DNA of 64,000 bases from Mobula hypostoma (GCF_963921235.1 NC_086097.1:185568001-185632000), one strand, 5' to 3'; shown: positions 1-13,723, counted from the stretch's first letter. Numbers and translations are program-made. The notes: generated by a model from the letters alone, not told the origin.

Positions 1-1532
1 CAGATACATTTACAGAGCAACCTGGTCTCTGGACTAGTCACGATCGGGGTGAGGTCCGAATTACCGATGAAAGACGTGGAAGTCTTGCTCGGTAATGACA
101 TCGCCGGAGGAATCATGTTCCCAGTCGTGAGATTGACGGGTCAGCCTGCCAGCATGGAGGCCCCGCCCGCGATGGTGAATTTGGCTGAAACATTTCTGCC
201 AACCTTGTATGAGACAGGGTGTAGTGAGATAAGAGGTAGTGAGGGAGCTGGGACGGACGTAGCAGTAGCCAGGAAAGAATTTGTGCAGACGCAGGAGCGA
301 GACGAGGGGCTGATGGTTTTGGCCGAGACAGCTCTCTCTGACACAGCCTTGACAAGGGAACTAGTAGGCTATTGTGCGGATGAGGAAGTGCTAAGGAAGA
401 AAGGGAAATCAAGTACAGCATCCGCAGATGAGGAGTGGGGGGTGGTGCAAAAGAGTTATGGGGATGAGGTTTTTAACATGGCCCACGAGGTACCCCCCGG
501 TGGACATTTTGCGGTGCTGGAGGAAACAGTTGGTGGAATCATGAAAGAGAGTTACCGGCTGCCCAGGGGGAAAAATGTTATTGATCATGACCGACGCGAA
601 CTGAGACGGTCACCGGCTTTTGATATGCTAACAAACCTAGTCGGTGTTAGCGTGGAAATCAATGAAGCTAGGGGCCCCTTGATAAGAGGAAAAAACCATT
701 TTGAAAAGATTAGGATGGGATCGGTCAGATGGGAGAAGGCTATTGTTTTGGCCAGGTCTACTGATAAGGTCTCTCCCTTAATCCCCGAAGGAGTAATTAA
801 ACGACTCGCACCCATGTGTTTGATTGTCCCGAGGAAATGCAAAGAACTGGGACGTTGGGTTATGTCGGTTACAATAGGGCGGCCAAGTAAACAACACCCA
901 TATTTTTTGAGTAATTCAGTGACTAAAGGGCTGATGAACACAGAGGTGTGTATTGGCAATTTAACACGGCTGTCTGAAGCCAGCTTGATAGTGAACCTTG
1001 GAAAAAATGAATTCGGCCACGCGAATGTCACTTACCTGGGAATTGTGGTGACACAGGGGCAGCTGGCAGTGATGCAAGCTACAGTGCAGTGCTGACCTCC
1101 CAACCCCGACAGACAAGAGGGCCCTCAGAAGGCTTTTGGAGATGGTGGGGTACTGCAGGAAGTTTTGCAATAACTCTGCGGTCAATACCCGTCCCCCTCC
1201 TACTAAGCCCTTGCGAGGGAAAATTGAGTCGGAATGGGACGACCCTTGTTGTTGTGGTCCGGGACAAAACCAAATGAGAGGTTACATTGGTCGCAATTCA
1301 TCAGTGTTTTTGGCCACTATGAAGTTTGCTGAGTTGGAGCCTGGTCTAAGGGATTATTAATAACACGTGTAAAAGGAACAGAAAATGTGATGACTGTCTG
1401 TCAAGGTGTTGACAGCTTCAAATTCTCTGTATTAGCTAAATAACTGTTAAAGATGTATATTGTGTATGTATCAGATAATGTAGTCATGTTTGTAATTTTT
1501 ACCTCCCGGTAAAAATCCTTAAAGGGGGGAAG
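1..1532 (+). mobile_element. Internal region of a deleted Gypsy (Gmr1-like) LTR retrotransposon; ORF 49-1095 with protease-end, integrase zinc-finger and RT remnants
   Basis: ORF has LLGND (protease C-term), AHEVPPGGHF (IN His-His), KQHPY (RT start) and IVNLGKNEFGHANVTYLG (RT); the next frame gives MVGYCRKFCNN. Polypurine tract aaaggggggaag 1521-1532 abuts the LTR. Confidence 0.8.
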
Positions 1533-2411
1533 TGTTACGAGAATACACATAAAATTAAGATGTTTGCTGGCCTGGGCTAGCATCAGTGGCATCGGCAGTT
1601 GGTCTGCCACCTGCCCTCAGGGGAAGGAGAGATAAGGAACAATGGAGCAGCGTCTGGAGATGTGTAATGAAGGGATGTGGGAGGAAGAGCTGTCTGGAGC
1701 GGCTCCCCCCTTTGAACCCTGAACTGTTTGAAGTGATGGACAGGCGATACCCCAGCAGGGGGATAAAAAGGGACAGGTTCGCTAAGACAGACACACACGC
1801 CACCCGAGGTAACGAGACCCTGGAAGCGGTGCGCTTCTCACGAGTGGGTGAGAAGTCCCAGACAACGACAAGGGTGGAAAGGTACGATCAGCGGGAACCC
1901 GGTGTGTGTCCGCCCTTGCCTGGGTGCCGGGTTCACTGCAGAGGATCGACCGCATCTGGAGGAGGGGTCACAGTCGGTGGCCTCAGGTGACATCACCAAG
2001 GACCTGCCCAAAAGCTGTTTGTGAGCCATCTCGCTGGTCTGTGAGCCATCCCGCTGGTCTGTGAGTGAAGCTGTGCTGAATGATGAGTTGTTCCTATTCT
2101 ATGTCTCTCTTCCCCACCTTGTCCATCGCCATGGCAACGATTACTGCGAACTGAACTACTAAACTGGACTGAACTTTGAGTCATTTTGAAATTGGTCATT
2201 TACCCCTAGACAACGATAGAGCTTGATTGATGCTGTTATCTTAATTCTGTGCACATGTGTGTTTATCATCACTGAACGGTTGCATTTATTATCCTTTCGA
2301 TTACTGTGTTGCTTGTTTCTTTAATAAAACTTTCTTAGTTCTAGTACTCCAGACTCCAACTGAGTGATCCATTTCTGCTGGTTTGGCAACCCAGTTACGG
2401 GGTACGTAACA
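1533..2411 (+). mobile_element. 3' LTR (879 bp)
   Basis: Starts TGTTACG right after the PPT and ends CGTAACA (inverted termini); AATAAA near 2323; 20-bp tandem repeat at 2021-2065. Confidence 0.9.
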
Positions 2412-3031
2412 CTAGACATAGCTTGAGTTTATCTGTCTCAACTGCCTCTTCCTTGAACTTCTTTGTTCAAATAAAGCAATCCTTGTGCTTCCAATCCTTG
2501 AAAGTTAACATTTTTCAGCCCTGGCAATACCCTTTACACCCTGTTAAGGAGAATCATAACTTTTCTACAATGTGGCAAGTAGATTTGTATATATTGCAAA
2601 GGCACGGATATAACTGGTATTGTACACTGTCATAACCTTTCTGGCCTTCCATTCTATGCCATAGCTAATATGGATGTCTTTTAATGTATTTTAACCACCA
2701 TATTTCAACGTGGACCCCTTTGCTTCTCCAGGCCTGTACTTTACTGTAGATTTCTTTGCCTAGAAGATGTACCTTCCCACAAGCACTATCTCACAATTTT
2801 CATGATCAGTGCCGTTAATGCTTTGCACTGACCAGGTAATGTACGTCACTCACAGTCCTCCTCATTGTCAACCACTTATCTTCAAACGTGTTTATTCTGT
2901 TCCTTTCTTCTTCTTCTTCTACTATTTCCGGCAGTTTAGACACATCTGGGCATATTACTGCACTCCGCAGGATGTATAATTAATTATAGAACTTCTAGAA
3001 ACTCAAATTCTCGAATATAAACTAGTTGCAC

Positions 3032-3922
3032 TGTTATGTACCCCGTAACTGGGTTGCCAAACCAGCAGAAATGGATCACTCAGTTGGAGTCTGGATTACT
3101 GGAACTAAGAAAGTTTTATTAAAGAAATAAGCAACACAGTACTCTAATAGTAAGGATATAAATGCAACAGGTTAGCAATGAATAAACACACATGTACACA
3201 GAACTAGGATAATAGGGTCAATCAAGCTCTATCGCAGTCTAGGGGTAAAATGATCAATCACAAGTGACAGAGTTCAGTTTAGTTCAGTTCGCAGTAATCA
3301 CTGTTGTGCTGTTGAAGAGAGAGAGAGAACGAATGAATATGCAAATCGGATTCCAAACAGACCTTCGATATTCCTCGCAGTTAGCTTTCGGGCAAGCCCT
3401 TTGTAATGTCTTCTGAGGTCACCGACTGTGACCCCTCCGTTCCAGACACGATCGTTCTTCAGCGGTGAACCCGGCACCCAGGCAAGGGCGGACACACACC
3501 AGGTTCCCGCCGACCGTATCTTTCCACCCTGTGCGTCTATGGCTGGTCCCGCGACCAGACCTCCAAAACTCCTACCGATTTGTGGGGGCGCACCGCTTCC
3601 AGGGTCTCGTTACCTCGTGGTGTCGTGTGTCGTGTCTCACCGAACCTGCCCCTTTTTATCCCCCTGCTGGGGTATCGCCTGTCCATCACACTTCAAACAG
3701 TTCAGGGTTCAAAAGGAGCCGGTCTTGACAATACTCAGACCGGTGTCTCCTTCCGTTAAACTCTCTCGTCTCTTCATTAACATTTCCAAATGCTGCTCCA
3801 TTGTCTTACTTATTTCTCTCTCCTGAAGACAGGTGGCAGATCAACTGTTGATCCCACTGGTGCTAGCACAGGACAGTTAACATCTTAGTCTATGTGCACT
3901 TTTGTAACCCTCTTTCGTCACA
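3032..3922 (-). mobile_element. Solo LTR related to 1533-2411, inverted, inside the LINE 3' region
   Basis: Reverse complement matches the first LTR (e.g. gggttgccaaaccagcagaaatggatcactcagttggag); TG...CA ends; 4-bp TSD gcac 3028-3031 / 3923-3926. Confidence 0.9.
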
Positions 3923-6900
3923 GCACGTATAAACTGAATAATAAACTCTTCAATCAGATGGTGGTTCTCTTGGTGGCCAAACAAAGATATAATAGAAAAA
4001 CAAAATACATTTAAGTCAGACAGCCTCTTGAACAATATGCTTCTTTCAATTTTATATCAATTACAACTCAGCAAAACATGCTGAACTGTCTCTGGACTAC
4101 CACAGTCACATAATCCAGTAGGATGTTTTCCTATTATCTTTAAATAATAGTTCAGCCCACCATGCCCCAACCTAAGTCTTGTTAATTTCACCATATCTCT
4201 ACGATTTAAAAAGTAACACTCTGAGACCTTTTTAACTAGTGGGTGACTAGAAAAGAAATGCCTTCCCTTTAATTCATTTTTCCAATCCTCCTGCCACTTT
4301 TTCTCTATACTTTTTTTAAATCCTACTTCTCAATTCTGCTCAGCCTAGAGGTACTCTAATTTCTACTTGCCTGCTCTGTAAGGAAGACTTTGCAATGCCA
4401 TCCACAATTTCATTTCCCTTCACCCCAGCATGCCCAGGCATCCATGTAAATCTGACTTCACAACCCATCTTCCCTACTCTAAACAAAACTAAGAGAATCT
4501 CAATAACTATGTCAGGACAAGCTTTTGAGTTATTCCCTCTTACAACCTCTAAGGTACCAGCAGAATCCAAACAGGTGATAACCCTGCATGGTCGAGAGTC
4601 TTCTATCCACCATAAGGCCCAGAGGATTGCTAATAATTCTGTTGTAAAGACAGAAACACCATCTGAAACCCGGTGACGAATCTTAGCTCCAAGTTGAGAC
4701 ACGTACATCCCAAATCCTGCCTTACTGCTCTCTGGGTCTACTGAGCAATCAGTAAAAGTCTTCAGATAAGATCTCCATTTATTATTTAAATATTCATTTA
4801 TGATCGACGCTGTTGAAATTGCTCTGCTTCCTTGAAGCTGAAAAAGGAGGAATAGTTCTACTTCTGGTTCTGGCAAAAGCCAAAAAGGAACAGGTGGCAA
4901 ATTTGGTCAGCTATGTCTTCCTCAATCAGTTTCAATTTCACAGCCCAGTTATTAACCAAATCTAAAAATGGATATCTTTTAATTTTACTTTGATGCTCCG
5001 ACTTCCCCTGCAAAAGACATTTTGATGGACAGCTGTGATTGAAACCATTCAGTTTTGCCCAATACTGCAGACCCAACCGAACTCATCTTAAATGTAGAGG
5101 CATTTCTCCCATCTCCAAACATAATGCAGGGACTGATATTGTTCTAAAAGCTCCACAACAGAGTCTAAGTACTTTGGACTGCACAGTGTCTAATTTTTCA
5201 AGCACTGCTGTAGCAGTGGAACCATAAGCAATACACACCAAAATCAATAACTGATCTAATCATAGCTAGGAATATTAAGTACATAGTTTCCCGCCCTGCT
5301 CCCCAGTCACATCCAGCAATACTTCTCATAACATTTAAAACTTTCTCACAGTTTCCAATTTTTTTTTTTATCTATATGAACCCTCCAAGTAAGTCTTTCA
5401 TCAAACCAGACACCTAAAAACTTGAATACCTTGACTTTTTCCTAATGGAGAATCATATAGACACAATTCACAATCAGGAATTTTTCTTCTAAAGCCAAAA
5501 ATCATGTATTTGGACTTAGAAGCAGAAATCCTGAAACCCCATTTATTTCCCCAGTTTTCAACTGATTATAAAGCCTTTTGTACCTACTTTAATATATACT
5601 TCGCATTTCTTCCTCTTTTCCAGATTGCACCATCATCTGCAAACGATTTGCCAAATCCTGTCCCTACCTGATCAAAGATATCATTTATCATGACATTAAA
5701 AAGAACTGGACTAATGACGCTTCCTTGAGAGGTACCATTACCTATTTTAACTGACTTGGAGCTTGTTTTGCCTATTCTTACTTGAATTGTCCTTTCCTTA
5801 AGGAAATCTTTGATCCAATTAAACATTCTACCTCTAATTCCTGCATCATAGAGTTGAATTAATAAACCATCCTTCCATAGTGAGTCATATGCTCTTTCAA
5901 TATCTAGAAATACACTTCTCTATTTTGAAACACTTTTTTAATATCATGATCTAAAAGGGCAACAGATTCCAGTGTTGATCTTCCAGTTCTAAAACCATTT
6001 TGATAAGCAGCAAAATGTCCCTTATTTTCTAAAAAAAAATAAACAAGTCTGTTGGTGACCATTCGTTCCATAGTTTTACAAAGCACTGACATTAAAACTA
6101 TAGGCTGATACGAACTAGGACTAGACGCATCTTTACCTGGCTTTAAAACTCAAACTACCACCGCATGCTTCCATCCTACTGGTAAATTTCCTTCTTTCCA
6201 CACTGAATTAAACAAAGCTAGAATTTCTATTAATACAGAGTCATCTAAATGCTTAAGCAATTCAAAACACAGTCCATCCCTACCAGGAGAAGTGTTTGAA
6301 CCTGATTGGACAGCCTCCTGCAATTCCTGAAGGGAGAAAAACAAATTTATGGAGCTATTATCATCCAAACTCCTGTCCAATATCTAACATAATTTCCTTT
6401 CTCAAATCACCTGGCTCTCCAGAACTGTGTAACGCTTGAAACACCTCTACAAACATATCAGCCTTTTCCTTATTGGTTACAGCTTCAATATCTCCTTCCA
6501 GCAAAGCTGGGATAGACGGTTTCCTATATATCCCTAACATTCTGTGAATGATCATCCATAGCTACTTTATAGGTCTCAGGACCCAGGGTTCCACAAAATC
6601 TTCTCCAACTATCCCTCTTCGCATTTTTAATTACTCTCCTTGCTACTGCTCTTTCCTTTCTATACTCCATAACATTATCTAACTCTGGGTACTATCTTAA
6701 TTTCCTGTAAGCTCTACTTCTGTTTCTTACTGCTATATCATAATTTTTATTCCACCACGGAACTAATGCTTGAGCCTTAGGAACATTCTGTAGCAGAATA
6801 GTCAACTGAGCAACTTTATCAATTATAGAACAGAGGGATTCACTCCAATCGTCTATGGTGCCCTCGCTATCAATCTCTTCTATTATATCCACAGCTTTCT

Positions 6901-7855
6901 CCTGGTACTCACCCCAACGGGTCAAAGAAAAATTATACCTAGCAGCCCTCTCCTCAACTTCAACTATCAAATTTCTACCAAATCTACATAATATAGGATA
7001 GCGATCACTTCCTAGTGTGTATCTGTCCATAACATCCCATTCCCCCACCCTGGCTAAGTTTGAGGAAGTGATTGATAAGTTTAAGTGACTGCAAGTATTC
7101 TTTACAATATTAAATCTTGTAGGTCTTCCATCATTTAGAAGTACCATGTTGTATTTATCTAGAAACCCCTCTATTACCGCTCCATTACTATCTTTATTTT
7201 CACTACCCCATATAGGATTATGGGCATTGAAATCTCCAACCCAGATTACTGGGCATCTTACCTTATTCATAATTTCATCAAAATCTGATAATATCATATC
7301 ACATGGATTATAAAAGTTAATCAAATTTGTTTAACCACAAGAGCTCCAAACCTCCACAGTCACAATTTCAAGATTAGATTTAAAATCAAGTCTTCTAAAC
7401 TGAAGTCCTGTTTTTATGAAAGTTGCACACCCTCCACCAGATTTACCCGTTCTGTCAGCTCTCAAACTATCATATCCAGGGATCACATCTCCTGTATACA
7501 GATCAAATCAGGCTTATCTTTAAAAGTTCCAACAAATCTTTTTAATTCTTGACCATTTGCAATTAAACTTCTTGCATTTCATTGTAATATTAAAAACATC
7601 CAAATACTAATTATCAGCCTGTTCATCCACATAAAGCTCCTCCATACCCTCTGACCCCTACAACTGGGAAGTATTCAGTGATTATTTGTCTGTCATATAC
7701 TCAGGTAATTTTTCCAGTAAAACCTGTTTCATATCAAGGAATCTCTCTGCAGCTCCAATAACTACTTTTATCATATCCAACCTCTTGGTTGTAGTTTTAG
7801 CCCCGACCAGTACATCAACAACAAATGCCAAAAAACTCTTTAGTCATCAACAACA

Positions 7856-9020
7856 TGACAAGGTTCCACACGGAAGGTTAGTTAGGAAGGTTCAATCGTT
7901 AGGTATTAATATTGAAGTAGTAAAATGGATTCAGCAGTGGCTGGATGGGAGACGCCAGAGAGTAGTGGTAGATAACTGTTTGTCAGATTGGAGACCGGTA
8001 ACTACTGGTGTGCCTCAGGGATCTGTACTGGGTCCAATGTTGTTTGTCATATATATTAATAATCTGGATGACGGGGTGGTAAATTGGATTAGTAAGTATG
8101 CAGATGATACTAAAATAGGTGGCGGTGTGGATAATGAAGTAGGTTTTCAAAGCTTGCAGAGAGATTTAGGCCAGCTAGAAGAGTGGGCTGAAAGATGGCA
8201 AATGGAGTTTAATGCTGATAAATGTGAGGTGCTACATTTTGGTAGGACCAATCAAAATAGGACATACATGGTAAATGGTAGGGCATTGAAGAATGCCATA
8301 GAACAGAGGGATCTAGGAATAATGGTGCATAGTTCCCTGAAGGTGGAATCTCATGTGGATAGGGTGGTGTAGAAAGCTTTTGGTATGCTGGCCTTTATAA
8401 ATCAGAGCATTGAGTATAGGAGTTGGGAAGTAATGTTGAAATTGTACAAGGCATTGGTGAGGCCAAATTTAGAGTATTGTGTATAGTTTTGGTCACCGAA
8501 TTATAGGAAAAATGTCAACAAAATAGAGAGAGTACAGAGAAGATTTACTAGAATGTTACCTGGATTTCAGCACCTAAGTTACAGAGAACGGTTGAACAAG
8601 TTGGGTCTTTATTCATTAGAGCGTAGAAGGTTGAGGGGGGACTTAATAGAGGTATTTAAAATTATGAGGGGGATAGATAGAGTTGACGTGGATGGGCTTT
8701 TTCCATTGAGAGTAGGGGAGATTCAAACAAGAGGACATGAGTTGAGAATTAGGGAGCAAAAGTTTAGGGGTAACATGAGGGGAAACTTCTTTACTCAGAG
8801 AGTGGTAGCTGTGTGGAACGATCTTCCAGCAGAAGTGGTAGAGGCAGGTTTGATATTGTCATTTAAAGTTAAATTGGATAGCTATATGGACAGGAAAGGA
8901 ATGGAGGGTTATGGGCTGAGTGCAGGTCGGTGGGACTAGATGAGAGTAAGTGTTCGGCATGGACTAGAAGGGCCGAGATGGCCTGTTTCCGTGTTGTAAT
9001 TGTTATATAGATTATTTGGC
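7856..9020 (+). mobile_element. 5'-truncated CR1 LINE (RT C-terminal part and 3' UTR)
   Basis: [45 protein letters not shown]; in-frame stops. Confidence 0.9.
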
Positions 9021-9711
9021 TATATGTCTGAAGGAACCATAGTTGGAGAATGCAGAATGTGCTGACTCCCCATCATTCCCATCTTTTCTTTATTTATCCT
9101 TTGCTCTCTATCAACTTTCTTTACTGCCTCAGCATATGATATTTTTTGTTGGTTACTAACAATCTGAATCTGCTTTGCCTTGATAAAACACTCACATCCT
9201 CTGAATGCCACTATATGGTCCCCTCCACAGTTTCTGCATTTAGGTGCCGCTGCCTTACATGCTTTAATATCATGATCCTCTCCACATTTCACACATCTTC
9301 TTTTACCTCGACATGAACCAGCAACATGTCCAAATCTCTGGCAATAACAGCGAAAGGGAGGTCGAATATATTCTCTAACTTGATAAAACATGCCCCCAAG
9401 ATAGACTCTAGTTGGAAGAACGTCACCTGCAAAAACCAGTAGGACAGGAGAATCCCAATCACCTCCTTCTCTCGATTTTAATTGTTTGGCTTCAATCACT
9501 CGACCACCTTTAATATTGTCCAAAATTTCCTTTTCAGTCATGCCAGACCAAATACCATACACTACTCCGCTAACTCCCTTCCTTTCTTTTGGAGTAATAC
9601 ACTCCACTTTCACAACCCATTTTCCCACTGTTTTAGCACTGCTATATTGGTCAACATCTTTGCAACAAATTTTCAGCAATCCATTCGACAAAAACTTGGC
9701 CTGGAATCCTT

Positions 9712-10539
9712 GTAAGCGGAACAAGTGCTGCACATGCCCTTACACTTCCTCCCTTACCACCATTCAGGGCCCCAGACAGTCCTTCCAGGTGAGGCAACAC
9801 TTCACCTGTGAGTCGGCTGGGGTGATATACTGCGTCCGGTGCTCCCGATGTGGCCTTCTATATATTGGCGAGACCCGACGCAGACTGGGAGATCGTTTCG
9901 CTGGACACCTACGCTCTGTCCACCAGAGAAAGCAGGATCTCCCAGTGGCCACACATTTTAATTCCACATCCCATTCTGACATGTCTATCCATGGCCTCCT
10001 CTACGGTCAAGATGAAGCCACACTCAGGTTGGAGGAACAACACCTTATATTCCGTCTGGGTAGCCTCCAACCTGATGGCATCAACATTGACTTCACTAAC
10101 TTCCACTAATGCCCCACCTCCCCCTCGTACGCCATGCGTTATTTATTTTTATACACACATTCTTTCTCTCACTCTCCTTTTTCTCCCTCTGTCCCTCTGA
10201 CTATACCCCTTGCCCATCCTCTGGGTCCCCCCCCCTTGTCTTTCTTCCCGGGCCTCCTGTCCCATGATCCTCTCATATCCCTTTTGCCAATCACCTGTCC
10301 AGCTCTTGGCTCTATCCCTACCCCTCCTGTCTTCTCCTATCATTCTGGATCTCCCCCTCCCCCTCCCCCTCCAACTTTCAAATCTCTTACTCACTCTTCC
10401 TTTAGTTAGTCCTGACGAAAGGTCTCGGCCTGAAACATCGACTGTACCTCTTCCTAGAGATGCTGCCTGGCCTGCTGCGTTCACCAGCAACTTTGATGTG
10501 TGTTGCTTCAATTTCCAGCATCTGCAGAATTCCTGTTGT
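9712..10539 (+). mobile_element. 5'-truncated Penelope-like element (GIY-YIG end + pseudo-LTR)
   Basis: CKRNKCCTC...GVIYCVRCSRCGLLYIGET; ends cctgttgt; TSD ctggaatcctt 9701-9711 / ctgaaatcctt 10540-10550. Confidence 0.9.
10407..10444 (+). ncRNA. Minimal type I hammerhead ribozyme motif (AUC variant)
   Basis: tagtc-CTGACGA-aaggtctcggcct-GAAAC-atc-gactg; stem I tagtc/gactg. Confidence 0.65.
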
Positions 10540-11082
10540 CTGAAATCCTTTACCTTTTTGGTTCTCTAATGCTGCTGCCACTTTCAAAGGATTAAGGGTT
10601 CTAAATCCTCCTTCCCCTTCCTTCTGACCTGTAATTTTATACAGAACTATAAATTCCTCCAAGTCACCCATTTTTCTCAATTTATTGTCCCCCATTACAT
10701 CGGGTCTTTCACTTGATGCACCCCTTTTTGGTTACCCTTACTTCTGGAGTTTTCCACAGTTTCCCACCCTCCTCCTTCAATCTCAACCCCCCCATCCCCC
10801 CCCCCTTTTGCAGCCATAGGCTACAAACTAACTCTTCCCAAACTACTAGGCTGAATAAAGGGGGGAAAATAAATTAATAATACGTCTCTTCTATTCCTTT
10901 CAGTCCAAACCGTGGTTATAAGGGGAAAAAAATCACGTGCAATGCTTAATTAAACGCGGCTAACGTTCAGAGGAATGGGCAGGGTTTCCGTCTGGCGCTG
11001 TACGGGGCTCAGGTACGAAGGGGGCTAGCGGGTGAGGTTCATGTCAAAGGGAGCGTGGTTTAGGTCCGAAGAACAAACAGGT

Positions 11083-11122
11083 TCCGGTTCTGGCTCTGGC
11101 TCCGGCTCCGGCTCCGGCTCCG
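11083..11122. repeat. (TCCGGC)n-like hexamer repeat in LRRC69 intron 1
   Basis: tccggttctggctctggctccggctccggctccggctccg. Confidence 0.8.
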
Positions 11123-11155
11123 TTTTTGGGTACGACCCCAACCCCTTCCCTTTAC

Positions 11156-11332
11156 CTTGTGAAGTGTCTGGAATTCCTCCGGGAGCTCGGTGAGGAGGTT
11201 ATTTCTCAGTTGCAATCGTTTCAATTCTTGCAACCTTCCCACCGCCTTTGGAGCCCGTTTCAACTTCTTGCCGCTTAGATCCAGATTCCTCGCGTTCCCT
11301 CGAACCGCTCGTAGTACCAGGATATCGGCCAT
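11156..11332 (-). CDS. LRRC69: Leucine-rich repeat-containing protein 69, coding exon 1 (59 codons); no further exons found in this window
   Basis: MADILVLRAVRGNARNLDLSGKKLKRAPKAVGRLQELKRLQLRNNLLTELPEEFQTLHK with LRR motif; AAG|GTAAAG donor; CpG-rich context; lies downstream of OTUD6B in the same orientation as in mammals. Confidence 0.8.
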
Positions 11333-13723
11333 TTCTAAACCCCGCGTTCTGTCTCCAAGGAGACAGGCGTTGTGGGAGAGAACTCCCCTGGGTGGGGACA
11401 CTCCTCACACCCTCTGGCGGATGGCGGACCAAACCTCCCATTCGATCTCTCCACCACAACCTCCCCGTGTGCGCTTGGCTCTTATTCCTTGCCTTGCGAG
11501 TAATATGTTTGGAAGAATAATGCAAAAAGAATGATCACGCTGGTTATTATTTTCAATTGAAAGGGTCATCGGAAAAACTATCAATTATCTAATCCTAAAA
11601 TCAATGGGCGTTAAAAAAAAAAGTGGTTAAAACGAGCAATGACGATGTGTAAAATCAATTTGTTTTCTGGAAGCTGCGCAAAATATATTCATAGTCATAG
11701 TCATACTTTATTGATCCCGGGGGAAATGTGAAGAGTTTAAAAGCTTATAAAACAAAAACTGGAAATACGGCAGGTCAGGCAACATCTATGGAGAAAGTAA
11801 GTTAACCTGCTGGTGTTTGACCTTAAATATTAACTCTAAATCTCTTTTACAGATGCTGACATCTTGTGTCAATTCAGCATTTGTTGTAATTATTCTAAAT
11901 TTCCACAAGTAAAGTATGCATTAGATTTATTCCTAAAATAGGAACTTGACCCTATATACAACATGGAATAGTACAGCACAGGGTCAGGCTCTTCATTAAC
12001 CGACACTAACCACAAACCCAGACTAAGAAAGAGGAGTACATTTTGAAGATTTAGAGATATAATTAACAGGATGTTATGAGAATCAGTGATTGACAGTTAT
12101 GTACAATCTATATGAACCAAGGGTTGTGAGGTGTTAAAAGACTGGTAGAGTGGGCAATAATAAAGAACATCAAGTAAACATCAAGTGTTTACAGGTATAT
12201 ATCACTGTGTATGTGTGTGTGTATATATATCCCTGAGATTCATTCTTTTGTGGGCATTCACAGTAAATAAAGGAAATATAATAGAATCAATGACAGACTG
12301 CCCCAACAAGATGGACAATCAATATGCAAAAGACAACGGACTGTGCAAATACAAGTAGAAAATAATATTAATAAATAAGCAATAAATTTTGAGAACATGA
12401 GATAAAGAGTCCTTGAAAGTGGGTCCATGATATGACACTCACTTTGATAGTAAGATTAAAAATCAATACTTTAAAAGAAAAACTTTGGCCTTGAAAATGA
12501 ATTTATGTAAAGTTATAGATAGATTAAAACTAGGAATACAAATGGAATTTGTTTATTATATAGTAATAGCAAGGTAAGGCAGGAATGTTCCCAAATCCTT
12601 ATTCATACTACATTCTCAGGGCTATGCACAATTTTGCTTTTATCCAAGGATGTATTAGAGGAAGTAATATATCAAATTATAATAATTATTCTGAATCAAA
12701 GGTTGTTTTAGCTTGAGAAATAAAGTGGCTCAAAATCTTAAGGAATGACCTACCAGGCAGAAGCCACAGCGATCAGGTTTCTGGCACTGAGGTTCAAAAG
12801 GGAAGGGAGATTTCATAGTTAGAGGAGTAGACACAAGATTATGTGGATGTGATAGAAACATCTGCATGGTATGTTGCCTCCCAGCTGCTGGGTTCAGGGA
12901 CATCTTTAAAGGGGAAGAGTGAGCAGCCAGAAGTCTTGGTACATATTGACACCAATGACATAGGTTGGAAAAGGGAGGAGGTGCTGAAGAGAGAATTTAG
13001 GGAGCCAGGTAGAAAGCTGAACAGCAGGACATTCAGGGTGGTGATCTCTACATTATTACTTTTGCCACGTGCCAGTGAGGGTAAGAATAGGATGATTTGG
13101 CAGATGAATACATTACTGAGGAACTGGTGCAGAGGGCAGGTTTCAGTTTTCTAGGTCCTCTGGGGAAGGTATGACTTGTACAAAAGGGACAGGTTACATC
13201 TGAACCTGGGGGAGGGGGGGGCGGGGGCACCAATATCCTTGGGGGCAGGTTTGCTAGAGCTGTAGGGAAGGGTTTAAACAAACCTGGCAGGAGGATGTGA
13301 AACTGAGTGATAGGGCTGGGGATGGGGCAGTAGGTATAGACGCAGAGTCAGTGGGATGAGTTACAATGAAACGGGGGACAAAATTGAAGAGTGACAAATA
13401 CATGACTGAAGGTGTTACATTCCAATACATACAGTATAAGAAATAAGGTAAATGATCTTGTAGCACAGTTAGAGATTGGCAGGTATGACGTTGTGAGCAT
13501 CACTGAATCATGACTGAAAGATGATTGTAGTTGGGGGATTAATATCCCCATTGTATTGGAAGGTCCTTCCTAGCGTGTCGCACCAGTCAGCCATTCTTGT
13601 CTGGCACATAGTGTCAGGATTATCCCCTTTCGGATTAACCGGGTCACGATATGAACATCAAGCAACACACATCAAAGTTGCTGGTGAATGCAGCAGGCCA
13701 GGCAGCATCTATAGGAAGAGGCG

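Larger units (their letters stand above)
2908..10888 (-). mobile_element. Full-length degenerate Nimb/I-clade LINE (ORF1 zinc knuckles; ORF2 APE-RT-RNase H), interrupted by a solo LTR, a CR1 and a Penelope fragment
   Basis: (GAA)n tail at ~2908-2920. RNase H 4340-4900 (FTDCS, TTELLAI, WMPGHAGVKGNE), RT 5584-6380 (GTSQGSVISP, FADD), APE 6692-7324 (VGDFNAH), ORF1 CCHC knuckles 9020-9733. Candidate TSD ttctgttcctttc 2895-2907 / ttctattcctttc 10889-10901. Confidence 0.85.

Noticed and set aside
7686..8372. 228-aa RT ORF as a host gene
   Set aside because: Antisense LINE sequence running into a truncated CR1 that has downstream stops.
9486..10109. 207-aa ORF ending in a GIY-YIG domain as a standalone nuclease gene
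   Set aside because: Chance fusion of antisense LINE ORF1 with a truncated Penelope fragment; non-ATG start.
11333..11401. N-terminal extension of LRRC69 shown in the ORF track
   Set aside because: It begins at a GTG; the ATG at 11332 has a good Kozak context (gaaATGG) and matches the expected start.
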